Shown here piece after piece: positions 42,990-52,820 of a DNA stretch of 64,000 bases. The notes beneath the pieces were generated by a model. That model saw only the letters and a list, made by a program, of their open reading frames with translations, was not told the origin of the DNA and made no database searches. Position 1 is the first letter of the stretch. Every line of letters starts with the position of its first letter. A program made the position numbers and the translations under genes. This DNA comes from Eledone cirrhosa. Taxonomy: Eukaryota. Where the stretch lies: positions 9,114,001 through 9,178,000 of the forward strand of contig OZ024751.1 in NCBI GenBank assembly GCA_964016885.1, read 5' to 3'.

Positions 42990-45900
42990 ACAGAGTAGGC
43001 CCATTCTCTCACCTATCTTTCAACAAAATGCTGGGAAGAGAGCACTTCCCTCTCTACCCTGATTTTCCTTTTCAAATGAATTTTGAAAAAGTTAATCAGG
43101 GCATCACCGAAGAGGTAAGTTCTCGTCTTCAGCTCTTTCAAACGTGTCCACCATACTATCTCTTTCGCCATGACCATCAGACAGATAAAAACTGCCTGCC
43201 CTTCCCGGCTAAAGGAAGAGGGCGCGGCAATCATCACGATGGACTTAGCTGATAGCTGGATCCGGCCTACACGTGACAGCAGGTGTTCGACATAAACGCA
43301 GAAATCAGCAATGCTCGGACACTGGACGAGTGCGTGCAGGACGGTTTCGCCGCCCTGCGCGCATCTCGGACATGCCCGGCTGACGGCACCTCGATGCCTG
43401 TAGAGTTTATCCCGAACTGGCAAAGCTCCTCGGTAGCACTGCCAGACCAGGGATTTCTGGAAATTATCCATAGGCTCCGGCCCGAAAGTTCTTCCGAAGA
43501 GATTGGCTAGTTGATTTTCATCGACGACTAGAGTTTCCCCAAGTGTGTCGTCAATTCCTCTCCCATAATCCTCTATAGAACGCCAAGGTGGAGTTTCCAC
43601 CGATCACATTGCCCAATTGGTCGAGGGCTGTGAGCGCCTGAAGACATTCCAGTCTCCCAGCGCTCCCTATCGGTCTTCGCTTGACCCAGGACTGCAGCTC
43701 CGTCAAGGAGACGAGCTGGGAAAAGACGCGTCTAGCAAACGGCGACCACACCTGAGCACCGTTGAGGAAGAGGTGGAGATGTCGTAGCCTGAGCGCGTGT
43801 CTGCGCATCATCAGCCACGGCATGCCCAGCCCTCCACGTAGCGGATGTTGACAGCAGATGGACCGCCTGACCATCGGAGCGCGTTCCTTCCACAAAAACG
43901 AAAGAGCAAACGCTCCAGCGCAGTCAGGCGGTGCTTAGGACAAGGTACGAGGGTCAGACGGTAGTAGATGAAGGACGCGATGTACGCGTTAGCCACCTCC
44001 GCTCGACTTTTAAGGGATAGTTTCCTCTCGGCCCATTTCTGGATGAGAGAAGCCACCCTGTCGTCACCTCGTCCCAGTTTTTGTCCGTCTGCAGGTCCGG
44101 ACCGAACCAGACCCCTACCAATTTAACCGGTCCGTCCGTCCAGCGTCCGACGACGCTGTTGGATGGCATGGACCTGCCTCTCCAGGTGCCGAGCTGCAGG
44201 CCCACTGACTTTTCCTGGTTGATCATTGCTCCTGTCACCGCTTCGTATTCTCTTAGTGTAGTGCCGATCGCCTTGATGTGTTTGGCGTTCGACACCACTA
44301 CGGTGACATCGTCCGCATCTTAGTTCGCGCGGGACCCCCCTCAACCTCTCCAGTTTGTGCACTAATGGCTCGAGAGTCAATACGTACAAGAGGGACGAGA
44401 GGGGACATCCTTGGCGGACCGAGCGCATGATGTTGAACGGTTCCGAAAGGTGACCGTTCACTCTCACCACAGAAGTCGCTGTGCATGGCAGGGATCCAGC
44501 TTCTGAAGACGGGCCCAAAGCCAGCCGACCTCAGGACTACCGCTAGGTAACGATGGTCGACCCTATCGAAAGCTTTCGACTGATCTAAATTGATCAAGGA
44601 CCCACTCCTTCAGGTTCACTAGCAACCCTCTCTACGATGTATCGCATGAGGTGGAGGTTGTCTTGGATGGATCTGTCGGGAATGGCGCATGCCTGCGCCT
44701 CTCCGACCAGACCACCAACGACAAGCGCCAACCCCTTTGCTAGCACCTTGGCCAAAATCTTGAACTCTGTGATTTTAGCAGAGTTATGGGCCTAAACTTA
44801 TATGTTATCCACCTTGTTCGGATCATTTTTCAGCAGCGCCAAAGCTCCTCGGCTCACAGAGCTGGGAATTCTCCCGTTCTGTTGCCAGTTGCAGTAGACG
44901 TCCGCCAAGAGGCCTCCGAACAATATGGCATCTGTACGTAAAGTTCATAGGGCAGACCATCCAAACCAGGCGATTTACCCCTTGTGCAGCCAGTTATTGC
45001 ATCCCGTACTTCAGCAGCTGTTATCAGCTTTTGGCAACACTCCGCCTCAGTGGCCGAGAGCCGCGGCAGTCCGTCGAGGTAGAAATTAAAGTCCATCCCT
45101 CGATCAGGCCCGACGCCGCCCCTGAACAGCTGTGCGAAGTGTCGCTGAAAAGTTTCACACATTTGCCCGGGATCGAGTAGCATTCCCCCGTCGTGGTCCA
45201 CCAAAGACCAGATCGTGGCTTTGTTGCCACGACGCGCCTCCGCCACTCGGGCCCATTGAACGGCTTTCGTCCCCTCGTGTCTGAGAGCACGCACCCTAGC
45301 TCTGACAACGTAGCCAGCGTGCTTTGCATTGAAGAATTGGTCAAGGGGCAATTTCGCCGCAAATACGTCGGTCGCGATGCCTTTGCTAAGCGCCTCGTCT
45401 AATGTTCTAACTAGTTTTCCCTCTGCTCTATTTTTCTCTATAGCTAAAGACTTACTAAACCTAATGGACTCTATTCTAATCGCTCTTTTCAGAGCAAACC
45501 ACCAGTTGTTGCTGGTCCCCGTCAACGCCCGCTTAACTAGTTCGCTAATCTGGTCTCTGTAGGCCTTGCGCGCTGGTAAAGACGCGTTTAGCTTCCAGTA
45601 GCCGGGTCCTCGTCTATGAAGCCTATCTAAGTCAAGCACACAGATCACGAATTTGTGGTCCGTGTAGCTGACTATCTTGAATTGTGGACAGCCTATGCTA
45701 GACCTATCTATTTCCCTACAAAATACTCTATCTAGATATGATCTGGATGACCCCATGCGATTTGTCCAAGACAATATTGGCACATTCGGGAAATCCAATC
45801 GGTACCTGTCAGACAGTACAAAACGCCTGAGCAGGTTGGTGAGGCTCTTGCACCCTTCTCCTCCCGATCCAGGACGGCTGGGAGATGCGTACACATCGTA

Positions 45901-46062
45901 GCCGCCGAATATCGGTGCAAAGACCCATGTTTCGGAGATTCTCGTCTCGCTGATGGCCACTACATCTAAGTTTAGTGACCTGAGGTCGTTGAGCAGGTGG
46001 CCCTGCTTCCATGACGACCCCAAGCCACGCACATTTATGCTGCCTATTCTGAGTGAGGTCAT
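42990..46062 (-). pseudogene. Tx1-like ORF2 (APE endonuclease, RT, C-terminal CCHC), fragmented
   Basis: SINVRGL, ISETR, SYLDRVF, YTDHK, GPGYWKLN, KSPGLDGLPYE, LDQSKAFDRVDH, SVRQGCPLS, GGLGMP and CPRCAQGGETVLHALVQC. Confidence 0.9.
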
Positions 46063-46139
46063 GTTGAAATGGAGGGGAAAAGATGAAAAAGACCACTTAC
46101 CTTACTTCTCGTAGAGGAAGGATGGTTTCTCCATCCCTT

Positions 46140-47969
46140 TCACTGCTTATGCGGAAGGATGTCCTTATAAATCCTCCTGGAGAGTGCTTGTCGGAAGTCT
46201 CCGATATCTTTGGGGAATTTTTGTGTTAGTGTCGTGTACGTTTTCTGTGTGATGCGAGTGATTTGTATGTGTGGAGGTAGAGTGAACGTTTGGGTTGTTG
46301 TGTAGTCTTTTTCTGTGATGCTGGTGTTGTGTTGGATGTAGTGTAATAATTGGTTGTTGTTCAAATATATTGCTGTGTAGTGTGTATCGTTTTGGTTGTT
46401 TTGTTTGCGTTTGTTGTGGGTTTGTTTCTGTTTCGCATTTTTGGTGACTTTTGTGGTGTTGGTGATGCTGGTGTGGATGGTGGCATATCTGCCCTAACTT
46501 TTGTGTTTGATAGTTTATTTGTTTTCCTCTGTATTTTGTTTTTGGAGGGGGAAGGAAGAGGATTTTTTGTTTTTTGGTTTCTTTTTCTTTTTTTGTTTTT
46601 TCCTGATACCGTTTCCCATTCCTCGACATCACAATCTGTCTCCAGTTGCGATAGGTCGGGGAGTGGAAAATCCTCTACAGGCGTTGGTTTTGGTTGTGGC
46701 GTGGTGGATGATGTAGGCGCTGGTGCTAGTTCTGGCGCGTTGGGTGGTGGTGGTTTTGGATTTGTTACTGTTGCTGGGCTTGTTGCTGTTACATTTGCTT
46801 CGGTTGTTGCTGCTACAGCTGTTGCTGCCATTTCTGTTGCTGGTGGTATTCATGGTTTAGTCACTAGGTAGGGTAAGAGAGGTGGTCTCAACCTTTTAGC
46901 CTGAGGGCAGAAAGCCCTTAGGTGGGTTCCTTCACCACAAACGACACACCTAGGCCTTCTGCCCTTGACGATTATGGTGAGGTAGCTGCCGCCAGTGAGG
47001 TCTATTACCTCTGGGATCTCCTCAATGCTTTTTTGGTCCGCTTGGATCAGGAGCTCCATCCCAGATCCGGACCAGTTCTCCTGCTTTTCCTTCGCTATTT
47101 CGATTATGTTGGTGTTGGCCTCGATGCCGGCGAGGACGGCAGCCATTAGCCATGGAATTTCGATGGCCGGTAGAACGTAGGTCACCCTGATCTTCACGAG
47201 TCTCTGGCCTCAATAGCTTGAGACGAGTATGAAGTCGTCACTTCTTAATGGGGCCATGGAGTGTTCTCTGGCTTCCTGTGGTGTTTCAAAGAACACGTCC
47301 AAGGTTCCATATTTCTACGCACGTCTGATGTAGGTTTTTTTTTGCCCACACATGTCCCAAAGCTTTTTGGATTTGGGACTCGGATGCCCGTTCCACTCGG
47401 CGCGATTTTATGTTAATCGTCCGATAAGACACGGTGGATAGGCGCCGATGCTCCATTTTATTAGGTGTGTGGGGAGGGGGGGGGAGGCTAAACCTGTACC
47501 CATCTTTCTTTACCATTATTTTGGCTTCTTCTAATTCCTCCTGAGTTACCTGTATTGCTTCGCACTTTTTTCCTACTCTGGCAAAAGACAGGGTTTTCTT
47601 ATTCTCATTGTTGCTGTTGTTGTTATCGTTATTTTTGTTATTGTTAATTTTAGTTTCAATTGTGGTGGTGGTGGTGGCGTCAGTGGTGTTCGGTTTGGAA
47701 GAGTTCATTTTGCGTGAATTCATTTCGATATCACGAGATAATTTATTTTTTTCTTTTGTTTCTGTTGTCGCTGTGGTGGAGGCTTCAACACCTGCAGTCA
47801 TTGGTAATGGCGGGAAATGAATGTCTGCTTGAGACAAATTTAGAATATTGCTACCGCTTATATTTTTAGTGTTGGCAAACGTAGTAATATTTACAATGGT
47901 GGTGTCGGTGTGAAGTGATAGTTTGTGAGGAAGGCTCTCAGCTACTGGGTTCAGCTGTGAGTCGGCCAT
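46140..47969 (-). pseudogene. Tx1-like ORF1 (gag-like), fragmented
   Basis: CX2CX4HX4C knuckle CVVCGEGTHLRAFC, a Pro/Thr-rich segment and basic WETVSGKNKKRKR. Lies upstream of ORF2. Confidence 0.75.
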
Positions 47970-48173
47970 GATTTTTAAAAGAATTTTTTTTTTTTTTTAT
48001 ATTTATTAAAGTTTAAATTTTGGGCTCTTTTTGAGTGTCCTATTCAGAAAACAATGTATGTGTACTTATATACAGTTAGCAATAAAAATTTTCCATAAAT
48101 GGCAATTTTAAACAACTGAAAATAACAAACCTTAGCGGAGCTCACGATAATACGATTTACTACATAGGTCACC

Positions 48174-48234
<61 letters not shown>
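48174..48234. repeat. (TAA)n spacer between head-to-head Tx1 and R4/Dong A2
   Basis: Pure AAT repeat. Confidence 0.95.
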
Positions 48235-51200
48235 GTAAAGGGAAGAAGACGCACGAGGTGACGGAGGTCATGAAATCGCTCCCGTAAGTTTTGAATTTTT
48301 AACATATTTAAATCATTTGTGAAATAACAACTCTTAGTACAAATGCTACGTAAAGCACCCGGCTTGAGCCCCAAAAAATTCGGACCCAAAATATATTGTT
48401 ATAAGGCTCAAATATTCAAATATTCAACTTTGTATTGTACACTGTATATCCAAAAAAGAAAATGGCTATAAATGGAAGAAGAAGAACCCCCACCCCCTCC
48501 TCTCCTCTGGCTACACTATATAGGACAGCTAAACTCACCAACACCAGAAACTAGATACACCACCCACCCCATCATCTGTGTACACTAAACACAACAGCCA
48601 GATAACGACATTTTCACCTTCACCGCCACCGCTCACTACGGCCACCATTACCACCACTATCCCATCACCGCCGCCACCACCCCTTGACTCCTTCACTACT
48701 GCCACCGCTACAGCACCATCACTACAGTAATACGGTCACATCACCGCCACCACTGCCTCGGTATCGACATCACCACCGCCACTGTCTCAGTATCGCTACC
48801 GCCGCCAGTCTCCACTTCTCCCTGCTGGCTGTTACTTCCACATTATAGAATTCCTACTACTAACAAAGAGGAAGGCATCAACATATATAGATAGACTCAA
48901 AAGAAAAAAGAAAAAACAAACAACAAAACCAAAGCAGCACAGCAACAACAGCAAAAACGAGAAAAACAAACAGAGAAAAACAAAAACAAAAAAAGAAACC
49001 CAAAAAACGTAAAGAAAATAAGAATGAAGAGAGAAGCAGGCGGACGGACAGAGAAGAGGGGGGAAAAAGTAAAACTTAAAAAACAAAAACTAAGTCAGAC
49101 ATTCGAACACTACATTACAATGAAACTTATGCTTATTCATTTTTGGGGCCCTTTCTGCCTGTGTGTTTGTTTGTTTATGTGTGTTCGTATACAGCGTGGT
49201 GATAATGCCACACAAGGGCCAAGTGGGATGGCGGACCCACAGATGGCTATGTAACTATACATTCGCCAATCCTCGATAAGAGTGTTTAAATATCGAACAT
49301 AAACAGTTCGAATAACGGTGAAATGGAGACTAGAACGTCATGTGACAGACTCTCACCCAACAGGTGCCCCCTGGCTCAGCAGCAGGAACCTGACTGTCAA
49401 CCAAATACTGCTGATGTTGGAGGAAGAAGAAGAAGGAAAGGGGCCAGAACCAACTGGACGAAAGAATTGAATAGAACTGTTATGCAATGTTACCTGAAAA
49501 GTAACCCCAAGGAGAGGGGCTACAGGAGACGGATGCATAACATCTGGAACGAGATTGGTTTATTTAAATTAGATGAACAAAAATTGGCCGGGCAGGATCG
49601 GGTAATAAGAACTAATGGGTGGATAAGCGAGCTGGAACTGGAGGAACTGAGCAGAGAGAATGGCTTGGAGATGGCGGGTGCAGTATGCCAGACAAGCGAG
49701 CCGGTGGGAAATGAAGGTGAGGAGGTCCTGAGAACGGAGGAACCACCCGAAGCAGACAATGATCTGAATACTGAGATAAATAATACCTGGAACAGAGATA
49801 CGGCCACTGAGGAGATGAATGCTGACGGGCTAGGAGAAGATTCGGTTGACATCCTAAATTTAGTGGTAGATGAATTGAACAATGATAGTGGGAGACCTAT
49901 GAACCTAAGATTTGTAGACAGGAAAAAGTTAAAAGAAACAACAGCTAAGTTAAACAAAGTCATCCCATACCTTGAGGCGAGGAGCCTTCACCAGTGCAAC
50001 AATATCCTCAAAGCAACAGCAAATACGGTGAGGAAACTACTTGGTATAAAAGCGAGAGGAAACAACAGACAAGAAAGAGCAGAGCCGTGGTGGAAGAAGC
50101 GACTGAGTGGGCAAATCGGGGAAATGAGAAATGACATAGGAAAGCTTGAGTCACTACTGAATGGGACACTAAAAAACATAGGCACTAAAAATAGACTGAA
50201 AATAAAATACAAAACTAGGAGTAAAAAGCTAAATATTATCATAGAGGAATTGAAGCAACGCATTGTAGCAAAGAGTGCAAAAATCAGGCGATACGAGAAC
50301 AGAGTCAGTCAGTATAAACAGAACCGCATGTTCGACAACAACCAGAAGATGCTGTTTGGACAGCTTGAGGGGAAAGAAAGAGGCAACGTCTTGATCCCTG
50401 GGGCGGAACAAACTAAAACATTCTGGAGAGGAATATGGGAGCAGGATGTTAGACACAATGCCCAGGCAGGGTGGATTGAGACAGTACAGAGGGAGATCGG
50501 TGAGCAGGCACAACAACAGACTGATTTGAGTATCACAGTTGAAACTCTTAAGGGGCAAGCCAAAAAACTAACCAACTGGAAATCACCAGGCCCAGATGGT
50601 GTGCAGGGGTATTGGATTAAACATTTAACATCCCTCCACCCGAAGCTGACGGCCATGTTCAATGACTGCTTGGTGTCGGGTGAGGTGCCAGAGTGGTTGA
50701 CAAAAGGTACCACAGTTCTGATAATGAAAGACCGAATCAAGGGTAATGATGTTACCAACTATAGACCTATCACATGTCTGCCCGTAATGTGGAAACTGTT
50801 GACGAGCATTGTGTCTGAGGAAATCTACCATCACCTCCACACAAACAACCTGTTACCGGACGAACAGAAAGGATGCCGAAAGAAGTCACGTGGTACAAAG
50901 GACCAGTTGCTTATTGATAAGATGGTAATGGGGAATTGCACGAGGAGACACACTGATCTTGCCATGGGATGGATAGACTACAGAAAGGCATTTGACATGG
51001 TGCCTCATTCCTGGATCACCAAAAGCCTGGAGATCTTCAGGGTGGCAGATAACATCAGACAGTTGCTAGGCAGGAGTATGGGGTCCTGGGAGACAGAGCT
51101 GACATCAACTGGAGTATCCTTGGGAAGCGTGAAGATCAAGAGAGGTATCTTCCAGGGAGATAGCCTGTCCCCTCTGTTGTTTGTCCTTGCCCTGATGCCC

Positions 51201-52789
51201 TTGACCATTATGCTGCGAAAAGTGAGAGCAGGATACAAGTTGGGAAGGGGAGAGCTTACCATCAATCACCTCCTCTTCATGGACGATCTTAAGCTCTTCG
51301 GGAAAAGTGAGAAGGAGTTGGATGTGCTTGTTGACACTGTCCGTATTTTCAGCAGTGATATATGTATGCAGTTTGGTATTGGTAAATGTGGAGTCATTGT
51401 GATGAAGAGGGGTAGGTTGAGCAGAAGTAACGGGATCCAGATACCAACAGGTGAGATGATAAAGGAAATTGACTCTGAGGAAGGATACAAGTATTTGGGC
51501 GTTCTGGAGGCTGATGGCATAAAGAACAAAAAAATGAAGGAATTGTTAAGAACTGAATACATTCGGAGAGTAAGGAGCGTATTGAAGTCACATCTGAACA
51601 GCAGAAATGCCATAAGCGCAGTAAATTCCCGAGCTGTGTCTATTATTAGGTACAGTGCGGGAATTCTGAGATGGAATGTTGCTGAACAAAAAGAAATGGA
51701 TAGGAAGACTAGGAAGCTATTGACCATCTACAACATGTTCCACAAGAGGAGTGATGTCGATAGACTCTACCTAAGGAGATCTGAGGGTGGAAGAGGTCTT
51801 ATCAGCATAGAGGACTGTGTTCAGATGGAGAAAAACAACCTATACAAATACGTGACCTATAGTAAGGAGCCAATGCGCAGAACTGTACTGAAGGAGGGGA
51901 CAGTAGGCCAGGGGATGTCCAAGGAGGAAATAACATCAAGGAGGAAGAGCAGCCTTAAGGGAAAATCCCTTCATAGTACCTTCTTTGAGAAAACTGAATT
52001 TAGAGATCCACAGACATGGAACTGGTTGAGAAGAGGAGACCTCAAAAAGGCTACAGAAGGAATGCTAATGGCTGCGCAGGAGCAGGCCCTCAAAACGAAG
52101 TGGTTGAAGCACCATATCTACAAGGAGGAGGCTAGCCCACTGTGCAGGATCTGTGGAGAGAGAGAGGAGACTGTGGCTCACATTGTGTCCGAGTGTAAAC
52201 ACCTAGCCCAGACCCACTATAAGGGCTGGAGACACGATGTGATGGGCAGGGTGATCCACTGGCACCTGTGCAAAGTAAACAATCTACCACATTCTGAGAA
52301 ATGGTATGAGCATAGGCCAGAGGCGGTGATGGAGAACAATCAGGTGAAGGTGCTGTGGGATTTTAGGATACAGACGGACAAAAAACTGGAACACAATAGA
52401 CCTGACCTGGTGGTTGTGGACAAAGAAAAAAGATCGTGCCTGATTGTGGATGTGGCCTGCCCGTTCGACACGAGAGTGCAAGAGAAGGAGAGGGAGAAAA
52501 TTAACCGATACCAGGACCTAAAGTGGGAGGTGAAAAGGATCTGGAACTGCCATGAAGTCAAAGTGATCCCGATTGTCATAGGCGCACTGGGGACTATCTC
52601 CAAAAGTTTCCAGGGATGGTTAAAGAAAATCGGCCCCTTCACGCTTTTTGGAACGCTTCAAAAGGCATGCTTGCTTGGAACAGCAAGAACCCTCCGATAC
52701 GTCCTGAATATCTGAGGCTGCAGGTAGTGGCTTGATATTCAATCCAACGGACTTTCCAGTTAACCAACATCAATGACTGAGATTCAAGG
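48235..52789 (+). mobile_element. R4/Dong-like family A copy 2, full length with intact ORF
   Basis: 1.09 kb leader, 1130-aa ORF, short 3' UTR, with TAA-type repeats on both sides. Confidence 0.95.
49323..52715 (+). CDS. Non-LTR retrotransposon protein: reverse transcriptase + zinc knuckle + restriction-like endonuclease (R4/Dong-like)
   Basis: Uninterrupted 1130 aa with [69 protein letters not shown] and RPDLVVVD..VDVACP..K..RY. Confidence 0.95.
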   Translation: METRTSCDRLSPNRCPLAQQQEPDCQPNTADVGGRRRRKGARTNWTKELNRTVMQCYLKSNPKERGYRRRMHNIWNEIGLFKLDEQKLAGQDRVIRTNGWISELELEELSRENGLEMAGAVCQTSEPVGNEGEEVLRTEEPPEADNDLNTEINNTWNRDTATEEMNADGLGEDSVDILNLVVDELNNDSGRPMNLRFVDRKKLKETTAKLNKVIPYLEARSLHQCNNILKATANTVRKLLGIKARGNNRQERAEPWWKKRLSGQIGEMRNDIGKLESLLNGTLKNIGTKNRLKIKYKTRSKKLNIIIEELKQRIVAKSAKIRRYENRVSQYKQNRMFDNNQKMLFGQLEGKERGNVLIPGAEQTKTFWRGIWEQDVRHNAQAGWIETVQREIGEQAQQQTDLSITVETLKGQAKKLTNWKSPGPDGVQGYWIKHLTSLHPKLTAMFNDCLVSGEVPEWLTKGTTVLIMKDRIKGNDVTNYRPITCLPVMWKLLTSIVSEEIYHHLHTNNLLPDEQKGCRKKSRGTKDQLLIDKMVMGNCTRRHTDLAMGWIDYRKAFDMVPHSWITKSLEIFRVADNIRQLLGRSMGSWETELTSTGVSLGSVKIKRGIFQGDSLSPLLFVLALMPLTIMLRKVRAGYKLGRGELTINHLLFMDDLKLFGKSEKELDVLVDTVRIFSSDICMQFGIGKCGVIVMKRGRLSRSNGIQIPTGEMIKEIDSEEGYKYLGVLEADGIKNKKMKELLRTEYIRRVRSVLKSHLNSRNAISAVNSRAVSIIRYSAGILRWNVAEQKEMDRKTRKLLTIYNMFHKRSDVDRLYLRRSEGGRGLISIEDCVQMEKNNLYKYVTYSKEPMRRTVLKEGTVGQGMSKEEITSRRKSSLKGKSLHSTFFEKTEFRDPQTWNWLRRGDLKKATEGMLMAAQEQALKTKWLKHHIYKEEASPLCRICGEREETVAHIVSECKHLAQTHYKGWRHDVMGRVIHWHLCKVNNLPHSEKWYEHRPEAVMENNQVKVLWDFRIQTDKKLEHNRPDLVVVDKEKRSCLIVDVACPFDTRVQEKEREKINRYQDLKWEVKRIWNCHEVKVIPIVIGALGTISKSFQGWLKKIGPFTLFGTLQKACLLGTARTLRYVLNI

Positions 52790-52820
52790 AATAACAATAA
52801 CAATAATAATAATAATAATT

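Larger units (their letters stand above)
42724..48173 (-). mobile_element. Tx1/L1-clade two-ORF non-LTR retrotransposon, apparently full length, frameshifted
   Basis: ORF1 has a zinc knuckle and ORF2 is APE-RT-CCHC. The 3' end reads aataaagaaagc-(ATT)n. Both ends abut (TAA)n. Confidence 0.88.

Noticed and set aside
49024-49254. 76-aa upstream ORF present in both A1 and A2 as a possible ORF1
   Set aside because: The copies are too similar for its presence to show selection, it has no recognisable motif, and family B has no counterpart.
49262-49322. HDV-like ribozyme suggested by UCCUCG and a P4-like hairpin
   Set aside because: No consistent P1, P1.1 or J4/2 with a catalytic C could be assigned. 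It is kept only as an unclassified structure.
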